Counted from the stretch's first letter, positions 27,667 to 37,348 are shown. The stretch is 37,348 nucleotides of DNA from Bdellovibrionales bacterium (GCA_031416685.1 JANOUF010000321.1:1-37348), one strand, 5' to 3'. A program made the numbers and translations. Notes: generated from the sequence alone by a model not told the origin.

Positions 27667-28242
27667 CTAGTAAGTGTTGAGTTGGCGCCAGACGGCGCCG
27701 TCGCACCAGTTGAGTTTTCCGGCTGAGTAATTGAGCGCGCCGGCTGCTGAGCATGCACCGCTCGCGTCGCATGTAGATGTGGTTGATGTACTGTTTGCTA
27801 GCGCACCTTTGTAAGCGACGAGCACCTCACCCCAAGGTTTGCTGGCAAGAAGTGCGCGGCCAGTAGAGTAAGCACTAGTTGCGCCGGCGGTTAAGTACGC
27901 AGAAGTAGCTGAAGCGTTATTGCCAGCAGCACCGCCGCTCAAAGTTGTAGCGACACGAGCGTTGTTAACAAAGCTATTTGTCCATGTCCCATTGTTCATT
28001 GCTGTATTTGGTTCATTAACACCCAAACATGCAAAAACAAAATCTTCAGCTTGCGTAGTTGCTAATGAAAGAGTGGCGGCTGCAGTAGCGCTAGTGGTCT
28101 CTCCAACGCCTGATCTGTCGATTGCATCTGAAGCAGCGGGCGGAGTCGTTGTCGGAGTCAAAATTCCATCTACGACCGCAATCGATACGGCCCTACCTTT
28201 TGCAACTGCCGAGCTAACGTTAACCGTTAAGTTGCCTGTTCC
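27667..28242 (-). pseudogene. C-terminal continuation of the FG-GAP gene in a shifted frame
   Basis: Inserting one G in GCGGAACA joins ...YRSAGA to GTGNLTVNVSS...CDGAVWRQLNTY*. The first roughly 29 aa of the listed 220-aa ORF look non-native. Confidence 0.75.
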
Positions 28243-31025
28243 GCACCCGCACTTCGATACGAAAATAGGTAGACTTTTTGAGTGGTTCCGGTAGCCGAGC
28301 CATCTAAGTGCATCGTGTTCCCGTTCCAAGTTGCACTCGTAATCGTCTCAGTGAACGAACTGACACACGCAAGCACTGTCTGCTTAGCCGCAACCGCAAC
28401 GCTCGCGACAGAGAAACTTGCAACCGCCGTTTGCGCAGAGCCTGTGTAACTTGCGACAGCTTTGGTATATCGACAGTTGCCTGACAAAATCGCGCCCGAG
28501 CTCGCCGTACCGAAAACGTAAACGCCTGGCTCGTTACCAGTATCGGTGTATGGTGCAGCCGCAAATGTTTCGTCGTCTGAAATTGCTAAGCCGTAACTGA
28601 AGTTATTGTTCTTCGTGGTATCACTTGCGTAAAGTTTAGATCCTTCAAGCCACGATGAACCCATTCTGGTGTAAACGTACGCCGCACCGTCGGTCGTGGT
28701 GTCAGTGTGAATTTCATCACCCGCACCGACTACGATTTTATCGCCCTTCATGGCCAAGGTGTATCCGTACCACGCGGCTGTTCCAATGCTTGGCTTCGTA
28801 AGTTTTGCTTGATGATTCCACGTGCTCACTCCGTCAAACAGATAAACATGCACAGCATCTTTTCGCGACACAGCAGCAGTTGTGCCGCTGATTCCAATTC
28901 CTTGGCCATAGGCATCGCCGTTTGCTGAAGAGCCGTCTGTTCTCACAAGTTCTACGCCCGCATCCCACGTTGCTCCACTGCCTGTGAAAACCCACGCTCT
29001 ACCTGGCACAGCCGCACCCAATCCTTTGGAACCAACCGCGAGACGTGTTCCATCAAGTGCGATCGACGAACCGAATAATCCGCTCGCAAGTGTCACTGGA
29101 CGATTAAAGGTTTTACGAAGAGTCCAAGTACTCGGGGCATAAGTGTAGACGTAAACTTCACCTTCGTTTGCGCGCCCAGCCACATCGTAGAGTGCGGCTC
29201 CTACTGCCAATGTCGTTCCAGAGAGCGAAAGCCTGTCGCCGAATGAAGAGTTTGTTTGCGGTACGGGAGGAGCAATCGGATTGCTAGCATAAGCATTCCA
29301 TGCGGCACCAACACGGTGAAATGCGTAGATTCTTCCAGTCGCAGTTGTAATGTTCGGTTCGCCGACGACAATAATGTCACCACTGATCGCAACTGCGTTT
29401 CCGAACCACGCGGCTGCCGTGCGTGTGCCTGGCACAAGCTTGGTCATGAACGTCCACACACCATTTGTTTTTTGATAAACGTAAGCCGCACCCACGTTGA
29501 GCGTTGCGCCCATGTCGTTCATCGGCGCACCGATGACCATGTAATTCCCGTCGACCGCGAGTGAGAACATACCTATGCTATCGCCAGGAAGATAAGTTGA
29601 ATCGTTGGCGGCTGATGGAAAAAGTTTTTGTTTTTGGAAGATCGTAGTTTTTAAGTAGACGGATCCTCTGTTGGTATCGTCACCGCTCGCGCCGATGGCT
29701 AGCAATCCGTCATAAATTGATACCGATTGGCCGAATTTATCTCCTGCTACTCCGTCAGATGCTATGAACTGTGCGAACTCAGTCCAAGAAGCACCGCTGC
29801 CGCTGTAAAGATAAACTACTCCATTTCCATTTATTGGTGCACCAACAACGATGTACCCCGAACTAAGTGCGACCGAGGTACCGAACAGATCTCCGGCCAT
29901 TGTGTCGGCCGCAACGAGCTTCACCCTTTGGGTCCAAGTTGAACCTGCGCGAGTGTAGTAGTACGCTCCCTCTGCCGCGGATGCGCCGACGACAACGCTG
30001 TCGCCATCGATATCAACCGAGTCACCGTATTTCGCAGAAGCTGCGCCATCTGACGCAAGCAATTCTTGTTGTTCGGTCCATGAGCTGCCTGAATAAAAGA
30101 AAACATGTGCAGACCCACGGTCGGCTGCTACTCCTACGTCGTTAAATGGAGCTCCAACCACGACTGACGTGCCACTAATTGCGACTGACTTGCCAAACAA
30201 ATCGCCTGCACCAGGCGTGGCCGCGACCAACTTTTGTTGCTGAGTCCAAACCGTTCCGCTTCGAGTAAAAACATAGGCCGCTTCCTTAGCGGACGCCCCA
30301 ACTACTAAGCGGTCGCCGGCAACATCTACGGACATTCCGAACAAATCACCGGCAACTACATCGCCTTGAAGTAGTTTTTGCTGTTGAGTCCAAATTCCGG
30401 CTCCGTCTACAACCCAGACGTAAGCAGCGCCCCGTGATCCATTGTGGTAAGGGGCGCCAACTACAAGAGTATTACCTCTTACTGACACAGACGTGCCAAA
30501 TTTGTCGCCTGTAGCACTGTCGCTTCCAGTAATCTTAGTATCGTACGACCACGCATTCGCTACGCGCTTGTAGAGATAAACCGCACCTTTATCGGTGGCA
30601 TCTCCGTAAGCACCAACTGCCAGAATGTTTCCCGAGATAGAACTTGAATAACCGAAAAAATGGTTCGCAGCTCCGTCGCTTGCTTGGAATTTCTGTTCTG
30701 AAAGTGCTGAGCAATTTCCGACATACGAGTCGGTCACTTTACAAGCGGTGGTGTTAAAAACACTGTTCTTACAAATCTTGTGTTTCTTAACTGTAGAGTC
30801 GTATTCGATGTTGTTTGCAGTCGTACACGTCTCGCTCGTTGCAGCGGTGTCGATCGTTTCCCAAACCGTTCCAGTACATACTCGGTAGACACCAGAAAAA
30901 TTTTCGATTGTGCCAGGTACGCGAGTAGGTGCCGGCGTTGTGCAATCGGCGTTTGCACGCTCTGGCGCGAAGGCTAGAGCTGCAAAAATGAGAATTAAAC
31001 TGCTGAGGAGATTACTTGCTCTCAT
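28227..31025 (-). CDS. Secreted FG-GAP repeat (integrin-alpha-like double beta-propeller) protein, N-terminal part of a frameshifted gene
   Basis: The ATG at 31025 gives a signal peptide (..ERANA). About 14 repeats of FG.SV.ISG..LVVGAP....G.AYVF. The frame closes just after ...YRSAGA. Confidence 0.88.
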   Translation of the reverse strand: MRASNLLSSLILIFAALAFAPERANADCTTPAPTRVPGTIENFSGVYRVCTGTVWETIDTAATSETCTTANNIEYDSTVKKHKICKNSVFNTTACKVTDSYVGNCSALSEQKFQASDGAANHFFGYSSSISGNILAVGAYGDATDKGAVYLYKRVANAWSYDTKITGSDSATGDKFGTSVSVRGNTLVVGAPYHNGSRGAAYVWVVDGAGIWTQQQKLLQGDVVAGDLFGMSVDVAGDRLVVGASAKEAAYVFTRSGTVWTQQQKLVAATPGAGDLFGKSVAISGTSVVVGAPFNDVGVAADRGSAHVFFYSGSSWTEQQELLASDGAASAKYGDSVDIDGDSVVVGASAAEGAYYYTRAGSTWTQRVKLVAADTMAGDLFGTSVALSSGYIVVGAPINGNGVVYLYSGSGASWTEFAQFIASDGVAGDKFGQSVSIYDGLLAIGASGDDTNRGSVYLKTTIFQKQKLFPSAANDSTYLPGDSIGMFSLAVDGNYMVIGAPMNDMGATLNVGAAYVYQKTNGVWTFMTKLVPGTRTAAAWFGNAVAISGDIIVVGEPNITTATGRIYAFHRVGAAWNAYASNPIAPPVPQTNSSFGDRLSLSGTTLAVGAALYDVAGRANEGEVYVYTYAPSTWTLRKTFNRPVTLASGLFGSSIALDGTRLAVGSKGLGAAVPGRAWVFTGSGATWDAGVELVRTDGSSANGDAYGQGIGISGTTAAVSRKDAVHVYLFDGVSTWNHQAKLTKPSIGTAAWYGYTLAMKGDKIVVGAGDEIHTDTTTDGAAYVYTRMGSSWLEGSKLYASDTTKNNNFSYGLAISDDETFAAAPYTDTGNEPGVYVFGTASSGAILSGNCRYTKAVASYTGSAQTAVASFSVASVAVAAKQTVLACVSSFTETITSATWNGNTMHLDGSATGTTQKVYLFSYRSAGAEQAT

Positions 31026-34000
31026 TCCGTTTGATTCTTCCACGCAATACAAAGATGAGGCCCACGATAACCATCAGAGCCATGAACAAACGTTGTTCTA
31101 AACGCATGCGCTCAAGCTCCTTTTCGTAGTTGAGGCGAGCTTGGTCTGAAGCAACATCACGTTTCACATCTTGCGATTGAGCCAATGCTTGTTTCTGTGC
31201 CGCCAACTCTTTTTTCAACTCTTCCGTTTCAGCTTTAAGCTGACGAGCTGTATCGATGAGCGGCGCGATGAAACCGATGTAGTTCACTGACTTCGTCTTC
31301 ATTTTGTCGTTTGCCGTCTTCACGAGTTCAGGGAAAAGCTCTTCAACTTCTTGAGCCATCACACCGTACTCGGTCGGCGCATCTGCTTTTTTCATTTTGA
31401 ACGTGTACGTATTTACTTTCGATAAACGTTCCATCACATCTTTGCCAGTCAAAGGCTTGATGTCGCGCTTCAAGCGACGATCAGAAGTATCTGTCAACAC
31501 GCCTGAGTAGCTGATATCGCCAGTCACTGTGAGTGTGTTTGAGGCGAAAACGAGGCTTGAGTTTGCATCAAACGCAGTTCCTGTTTTGAATTGGATTTGT
31601 CCGTTTGCTGTACCAGCAGGAGTTCCGCCGCCGCCGCCAGTCGCATCAGTTACGCACGACAGAGATGTTCCATTTCCTTTTAACACTTCGCCAGCTCCGC
31701 AAGTCGGGAGTGCCGCTTTCGCAAACGCAGTAACGCTTGAATCAGATTCAGTTACGTTCAACGTTGTGCCTGTGTAGCTCAAGCCTGTGCCGAGCGTAAT
31801 CTCTTCGATGTCGCCGCTTAATGCTGTCGCACGACCTAAGAGTTTATTTGTTGCAATGTTTTGAACTTTTGCAAAGGTCACGTTGTCGTTCAAGATCTTA
31901 ACTGTTGTAACTTTGTCGTTACCGAGCGTCGCTGCAACAGAACCAGTTCCGCTAGCAGTCACATCACCAGTAAGATCCGTGATTCCGCCGCCACCACCAG
32001 TTGCGTCCGCTTCCCACGTCATTACACCAGCAGTTGTCGATTTAAGAACGTAACCATTCGATGCAGGAGGTCCTGCAGGTAATTCGTAAATCATTGAGCC
32101 AGCTGCAGCTGGAACTTTGAATCCAGCGTAACCGCTCGTCGCACCGCTCATCACGATCGAACCTTTTACGTCGAATTTACCGTTTGGGGCAGTGGTGAAG
32201 CCGATACCAACGTTACCGCCGTTTGGCTGAAGGAGTACGTAGCCTTTAGTTGCGTCACTGGTTGATTCAAGAGTGAGATTGGCTGATGCAGTTGTGTTGC
32301 CCAATACTGAAAAGCCACCCATGTTGAGGTTGCCAGTCATTGCAAGCGTGCCGTTTCTTAGGAAGTCGCCACCAGCATTCTGATCAGTCACACACGCGAA
32401 TGCGTAGGTAGGACCACCAGCTACTTCAAGTTTTTGTGCTGAAGTACAAGTTGGAATTTGGCTAACTGAGAGAACTTTTGTCGCGCCTACACCAATGTCA
32501 GCTTTCAAAACGCCTGCTGCGACTACGAGACCGTCACCGACGGAAATTTCACTCGCGTCGCCAGCTGAACCCGCATTGAAGCGACCAACAAAACGGTTGT
32601 CTGCGATGTTTTGCATTTTTGCAAAAGTCACTGCGTCGGCAGCTATTGTGGCTGCTTGTGAACCGTTGCCAGCTCCTGCAGTTACATCGCCCGTTAGTTG
32701 CGTGATACCAGTATCTGCGCCTGCAGCTGTTGCACACGTAAATGAAATTCCATCAGTTGAAGTCAGAACTGTTCCTGCACCGCACGTCGGTAAGTTTGCT
32801 TTAATCGTGCCTGACGCCATTGAAAGACCGCCGCCGATTGTGATTTCTTGTGCGTCACCTGCTGAACCAGCACTGCGACCTAAAATTTTATTATCAGTTA
32901 CGTTTTGAATTTTTGCGTATGTTACTACGTCGTTTGCGATAGTAGTTGCTTGCGAACCAGAACCCGATGCAGTCACATCGCCAGTGAGTGCTGTCATGCC
33001 CGTATCAGTAGTGATTGGAGTGTAATACTCCCACGCTGTGTTGCCAGCATTCCAGCGAATGGATTTGCTAACTTCAGAAGCACCTGGTGCTGCGAGAGTA
33101 TTTCCTAAAAGTTTTGTATCAACGTAATTTTTGGTAGCAGCGCCATCTGCAACTGTCGGATCAGCAAGTCCTGTGAGTTTACGTGTACCGCCAGCAGTTG
33201 CGCCGTTTAAATCCCAATCTGCAGACATCGCAACTGAGCCATCAGCTTTTAGGTCCCCAGTTCCCGTAGCAACACACGAAAGTGATGTGCCGTTTCCTTT
33301 AAGAACAGTTCCAGATCCGCAATTTGGTAACGCTGCTTTTGCAAACGCAGAAACTGAAGTATCAGATTCAGTTACATTAAGTGTTGTGCCGGTATAGCTT
33401 AAGCCTGTGCCGAGTGTGATTTCTTCGATATCGCCGCTTGCTGCAGTTGCACGACCTAAGAGTTTATTCGTAGCAATGTTTTGAACCTTTGCGAACGTTA
33501 CAGCATCAGTTGCGATTGTTGCAGCTTGCGAGCCGTTACCCGAAGCAGTCACTTCACCAGTGAGTGCTGTGATACCAGTGTCTGTATCAGTTCCGAGGTC
33601 ATCAGTTACGCACGAGAACGAAGTGCCATCAGATTTCAACACTTGGCCAGCACCGCAAGTTGGCAAGTTTGCTTTCAAAGTTCCTGACGCCATTGAGAGG
33701 CCGCCACCAATTGTAATCTCTTGAACGTCGCCTGCAGAACCTGCACTGCGACCAAGAATTTTATTGTCAGTTACGTTTTGAATTTTTGCGTATGTTACTA
33801 CGTCGTTTGCGATAGTAGTTGCTTGTGAACCAGAACCGCTTGCAGTCACATCGCCAGTGAGTGCTGTCATGCCCGTATCAGAAGTAATTGGAGTGTAATA
33901 CTCCCACGCTGTGTTGCCAGAATTCCAACGAATGGATTTGCTAACTTCAGATGCACCTGGTGCAGCGAGTGTGTTGCCTAATAATTTTGTATCAACGTAA

Positions 34001-37000
34001 TTTTTGGTAGCAGCGCCATCTGCAACTGTCGGATCAGCAAGTCCCGTGAGTTTACGTGTACCGCCGGCAGTTGCGCCGTTTAAATCCCAATCTGCAGACA
34101 TCGCAACTGAGCCATCAGCTTTTAGGTCCCCAGTTCCCGCAGCAACACACGAAAGTGATGTGCCGTCACCTTTAAGAACTGTACCTGCTCCGCAAGTTGG
34201 GAGTGCGGCTTTTGCAAACGCAGAAACTGAAGTATCAGATTCAGTTACATTAAGTGTTGTGCCGGTGTAGCTTAAGCCAGTTCCGAGAGTGATTTCCTCG
34301 ATGTCGCCGCTAGCCGCAGTTGCGCGACCTAAGAGTTTGTTTGTAGCAACGTTTTGCATTTTAGCGAATGACACAGCATCAGCGGCGATTGTGCCTGCAA
34401 CAGACCCACTGCCTGAAGCAGTTACGTCGCCAGTGAGTGCTGTAATTCCAGAACCGCTTACACCGAGAGTTTGCCAGCTTGTTCCGTTACAGAACTGAAG
34501 ATTGCCGCCGTTGTAGCGGATGCCGCCACCAAAGTTTCCGCTCGCACAGGTTTCGCCACCGTCACCAACGCGAACTGTGCCTGCAACATGAAGTTTTGTA
34601 TCTGGTGCAGTAACGCCAATACCAAGGAAGCCGTTAGCATCAATGCGCATACGTTCAGCGTAGTTGCCTACGGTTGTCTGCTGACCGAAGACCAATGCAG
34701 GTGTATATCCAGATGCCTTCGAGATTGCAGCGAAATAGGCACGCTGTTCATCTGTGGCAGAATTCTTAACTGTGAAGTTTACACCAGTGCCCGCACCAGT
34801 TTGATCGGCGCCGGAAACTAGGTTGATACCATAAGTAGAAGTTGGCGATTCTGCAGAACCCGTAGCTGAATACGTATTGAATCTTTCATGGCCTACGTTC
34901 AACGGGTTGTCATAATAGACATCATTGAAGGAACCAGTAGATACAAGTCCACTGTTGTCGACCTTAATACCTTCGTCACCGCCATCGTTAGATAGCCACT
35001 TGCCACCAAGTTTTATATTTCCGGTCATTGTTACTGTGCCGTCGGCCTTAAAATCGCCGCCGCTGTTTGCATCAGCAACACATGAGAGTGAAGTGCCGTC
35101 GCCTTTTAATACTTGGCCAGCTCCGCAAGTAGGAAGAGCTGCTTTAGCAAACGCTGTTACTGATGGATCAGTCTCCGAAGTAATTCCAGTGTCGACGTCA
35201 GCAACACATGTCCAACCGAATGTTGGACCTGCTGACATCTGAAGTTTCTGTGCACCAGTACACTGCGGAACTCCATCAGCACCCATTGCTGATCCAGCAA
35301 TTTGCCCAACAGCAAGACCTGTAAGAATTCCGCCTGAAAGGGATAAACCACCAGCAACTGAAAGTTCTTCTGCATCGCCACTGCCTGCAGTAGTACGACC
35401 GATAATTTTGTTAGTCGCGATATTCTGAATTTTTGCAAATGTAACTGAGTCGTTGGCAACTGTTCCTGTGTCGTCAGCTACGCAAGAAAGTGAAGTGCCG
35501 TCTGCTTTTAATACTTGGCCCGCTCCGCAAGTAGGAAGTGCTGCTTTTGCAAACGCAGTAACCAAAGGATCAGTCTCTGAAGTAATACCAGTGTCGATGT
35601 CAGCTACGCATGAAAGAGAAGTGCCGTTGCCTTTTAATACTTGGCCAGCTCCGCAAGTTGGAAGTGCTGCTTTTGCAAACGCAGATACGCTTGCATCAGA
35701 TTCAGTCACGTTAAGTGTTGTGCCTGTATAGCTTAAGCCAGTACCGAGAGTAATTTCTTCGATGTCGCCGCTTGCTGCAGTTGCACGACCTAAAAGTTTG
35801 TTTGTAGCAACGTTTTGCATTTTTGCGAATGACACTGCATCTGCAGCTATTGTCGCTGCTTGTGAGCCTGAACCCGAAGCAGTTACATCACCTGTGAGTG
35901 CAGTCATCCCGTTGTCGGATGTGATTGGAGTGAAATACTCCCATGCTGTTCCACCAGCATTCCAACGAATTGATTTGCCAACTTCAGTGCCAGCAGGAGC
36001 AGCAAGTGTATTTCCTAAAAGTTTTGTATCAACATAATTTTTCGAAGCAGCGCCATCTGCAACTGTCGGATCAGCAAGTCCCGTGAGTTTACGTGTACCG
36101 CCAGCAGTTGCGCCGTTTAAATCCCAGTCTGCAGACATCGCAACTGAGCCATCAGCTTTCAAGTCGCCGCCCGAGTTTGTGTCTGTATCTATATCAGCGA
36201 CACACGAGAGCGAAGTACCATCAGATTTTAAAACCTGGCCAGCGCCGCAAGTCGGAAGCGCAGCTTTAGCAAATGCAGTAACTGAAGGATCAGTCTCTGA
36301 AGTAATTCCCGCGTCAGCTACGCACGAAAGAGAAGTTCCATCGGCTTTTAATACTTGGCCAGCACCGCAAGTAGGTAACGCTGCTTTAGCAAATGCAGTA
36401 ACTGAAGGATCAGTCTCAGAGGTAATTCCTGTGTCAACGTCAGCAACGCAAGTCCAACCGAAAGTAGGACCTGCTGACATCTGAAGTTTCTGAGCTCCTG
36501 TACACTGCGCAACTGCGTCTGCACCCATTGCTGATCCAGCAATTTGCCCAACTGCGAGACCAGTTAAAGTTCCAGCTGAAAGAGATAGTCCACCTGCTAC
36601 TGACAATTCTTCTGCGTCGCCACTACCTGCTGTTGTACGACCGATGATTTTGTTAGTCGCGATATTCTGAATTTTAGCAAATGTAACTGAGTCGTTGGCA
36701 ACTGTTCCAGTGTCGTCAGCTACGCAAGAAAGAGAAGTTCCGTCAGCCTTTAATACCTGGCCAGCTCCGCAAGTTGGTAACGCAGCTTTCGCAAACGCAG
36801 TAACCAAAGGATCTGTTTCCGAAGTTATACCTGTGTCGATATCAGCTACGCACGAGAATGAAGTGCCATTTGATTTTAATACTTGGCCCGCTCCGCAAGT
36901 TGGAAGGTCAGCAACAAGTGAACCCGCAGAGAATTTCAAACCCCCGCCAACAGTTAATTCTTGCGCATCACCAGCAGAGCCAGCGTTACGACCAAGGATT

Positions 37001-37348
37001 CTATTGTCAGCTACGTTTTGCAATTTCGCATAAGTCACAACATCGTTAGCGATTGTAGCTGCTTGTGAACCGTTACCTGCAGCAGTTACATCACCTGTGA
37101 GTGCAGTAATACCAGAATCAGTTCCGATATCATCCGCAACACACGAAAAGTTAGTTCCATCAGATTTTAAAACCTGGCCAGCTCCGCAAGTAGGAAGAGC
37201 TGCTTTCGCGAAGGCGCTAACCGTAGGATCAGATTCTGAAGCAAGAACTGAAGCATATTCCCAAGCAGTGCCACCAGCATTCCAACGAATGAACTTACCA
37301 GCGTCGCCGCCAGCAGGAGCTGCAAGAGTATTTCCTAAAAGCTTTGTA
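31012..37348 (-). CDS. Giant phage-tail-fibre-like trimeric adhesin (Bdellovibrio MAT-like) with a C-terminal peptidase S74 chaperone; 5'-truncated by the window (>2100 aa)
   Basis: The frame stays open past 37038 to the window end (TKLLGNTLAAPAGGDAGKFIRWN...). Fibre motifs DGAATKNYVD, ERMRIDANGFLGIG and GNVGIG, and S74 motif TSDRRLKRDI...YGVMAQEVEELFPELV...SVNY. Confidence 0.92.
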   Translation of the reverse strand, partial: TKLLGNTLAAPAGGDAGKFIRWNAGGTAWEYASVLASESDPTVSAFAKAALPTCGAGQVLKSDGTNFSCVADDIGTDSGITALTGDVTAAGNGSQAATIANDVVTYAKLQNVADNRILGRNAGSAGDAQELTVGGGLKFSAGSLVADLPTCGAGQVLKSNGTSFSCVADIDTGITSETDPLVTAFAKAALPTCGAGQVLKADGTSLSCVADDTGTVANDSVTFAKIQNIATNKIIGRTTAGSGDAEELSVAGGLSLSAGTLTGLAVGQIAGSAMGADAVAQCTGAQKLQMSAGPTFGWTCVADVDTGITSETDPSVTAFAKAALPTCGAGQVLKADGTSLSCVADAGITSETDPSVTAFAKAALPTCGAGQVLKSDGTSLSCVADIDTDTNSGGDLKADGSVAMSADWDLNGATAGGTRKLTGLADPTVADGAASKNYVDTKLLGNTLAAPAGTEVGKSIRWNAGGTAWEYFTPITSDNGMTALTGDVTASGSGSQAATIAADAVSFAKMQNVATNKLLGRATAASGDIEEITLGTGLSYTGTTLNVTESDASVSAFAKAALPTCGAGQVLKGNGTSLSCVADIDTGITSETDPLVTAFAKAALPTCGAGQVLKADGTSLSCVADDTGTVANDSVTFAKIQNIATNKIIGRTTAGSGDAEELSVAGGLSLSGGILTGLAVGQIAGSAMGADGVPQCTGAQKLQMSAGPTFGWTCVADVDTGITSETDPSVTAFAKAALPTCGAGQVLKGDGTSLSCVADANSGGDFKADGTVTMTGNIKLGGKWLSNDGGDEGIKVDNSGLVSTGSFNDVYYDNPLNVGHERFNTYSATGSAESPTSTYGINLVSGADQTGAGTGVNFTVKNSATDEQRAYFAAISKASGYTPALVFGQQTTVGNYAERMRIDANGFLGIGVTAPDTKLHVAGTVRVGDGGETCASGNFGGGIRYNGGNLQFCNGTSWQTLGVSGSGITALTGDVTASGSGSVAGTIAADAVSFAKMQNVATNKLLGRATAASGDIEEITLGTGLSYTGTTLNVTESDTSVSAFAKAALPTCGAGTVLKGDGTSLSCVAAGTGDLKADGSVAMSADWDLNGATAGGTRKLTGLADPTVADGAATKNYVDTKLLGNTLAAPGASEVSKSIRWNSGNTAWEYYTPITSDTGMTALTGDVTASGSGSQATTIANDVVTYAKIQNVTDNKILGRSAGSAGDVQEITIGGGLSMASGTLKANLPTCGAGQVLKSDGTSFSCVTDDLGTDTDTGITALTGEVTASGNGSQAATIATDAVTFAKVQNIATNKLLGRATAASGDIEEITLGTGLSYTGTTLNVTESDTSVSAFAKAALPNCGSGTVLKGNGTSLSCVATGTGDLKADGSVAMSADWDLNGATAGGTRKLTGLADPTVADGAATKNYVDTKLLGNTLAAPGASEVSKSIRWNAGNTAWEYYTPITTDTGMTALTGDVTASGSGSQATTIANDVVTYAKIQNVTDNKILGRSAGSAGDAQEITIGGGLSMASGTIKANLPTCGAGTVLTSTDGISFTCATAAGADTGITQLTGDVTAGAGNGSQAATIAADAVTFAKMQNIADNRFVGRFNAGSAGDASEISVGDGLVVAAGVLKADIGVGATKVLSVSQIPTCTSAQKLEVAGGPTYAFACVTDQNAGGDFLRNGTLAMTGNLNMGGFSVLGNTTASANLTLESTSDATKGYVLLQPNGGNVGIGFTTAPNGKFDVKGSIVMSGATSGYAGFKVPAAAGSMIYELPAGPPASNGYVLKSTTAGVMTWEADATGGGGGITDLTGDVTASGTGSVAATLGNDKVTTVKILNDNVTFAKVQNIATNKLLGRATALSGDIEEITLGTGLSYTGTTLNVTESDSSVTAFAKAALPTCGAGEVLKGNGTSLSCVTDATGGGGGTPAGTANGQIQFKTGTAFDANSSLVFASNTLTVTGDISYSGVLTDTSDRRLKRDIKPLTGKDVMERLSKVNTYTFKMKKADAPTEYGVMAQEVEELFPELVKTANDKMKTKSVNYIGFIAPLIDTARQLKAETEELKKELAAQKQALAQSQDVKRDVASDQARLNYEKELERMRLEQRLFMALMVIVGLIFVLRGRIKRNESK
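31640..37348 (-). repeat. Nested intragenic repeat modules of the fibre gene
   Basis: aactgtcggatcagcaagtc occurs at 33151, 34024 and 36061, and ctgctgacatctgaagtttctg at 35229 and 36471. There are about 13 LP(T/N)CG...C units. Confidence 0.92.

Noticed and set aside
27543-27772. Two short minus-strand ORFs overlapping the FG-GAP 3' end
   Set aside because: They are alternative frames crossing a terminator-like hairpin and show no coding features.
31529-37049. Many repeated plus-strand ORFs inside the fibre gene
   Set aside because: They are antisense shadows of the repetitive Gly/Ala/Thr coding sequence.
31640-37348. Possible CRISPR array or DGR template/variable repeat pair
   Set aside because: The repeats are long, in-frame and coding, with no unique spacers. 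The differences are mainly synonymous rather than adenine-specific, and there is no reverse transcriptase or cas gene in the window.
31012-37348. Prophage suggested by the tail-fibre and S74 motifs
   Set aside because: No capsid, terminase, integrase or other tail genes are present; the context fits a host-encoded adhesin.

Overview
A 37 kb bacterial window. Its gene content (trypsin and M15A lipoproteins, FecR/Fn3 proteins, an S74-chaperoned fibre, sigma28 and sigma54 promoter matches) suggests a Bdellovibrionota-type predator; this is inference, as no marker gene is present. Left part: a 5'-truncated long-form phenylalanine hydroxylase, several secreted or lipoprotein genes, and cysK. Centre: a REP-associated HUH/Y1 tyrosine transposase (RAYT) with its own 24-nt REP-like repeats, lying between a convergent FecR-Fn3 gene and a Cache-HAMP class III nucleotide cyclase. 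The most unusual signal is a mirror-symmetric synonymous-codon footprint centred on this locus. The last 45 codons of both flanking genes are about two-thirds C-ending (30/45 and 31/45, hand count), whereas samples a few hundred nt further into the same genes are almost C-free at third positions (4/45 and 2/45). Right part: transporters, an SLT, an FKBP, a hairpin- and motif-rich intergenic region, and a minus-strand cluster. The cluster holds a giant, 5'-truncated, internally duplicated phage-tail-fibre-like adhesin whose S74 autocleavage domain is followed by a coiled coil and a hydrophobic helix, a frameshifted FG-GAP protein, a GILT/thioredoxin-like protein and an 18-Cys secreted protein. 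I saw no rRNA, tRNA, CRISPR array or reverse transcriptase. All calls come from motif recognition by eye; no searches were run.
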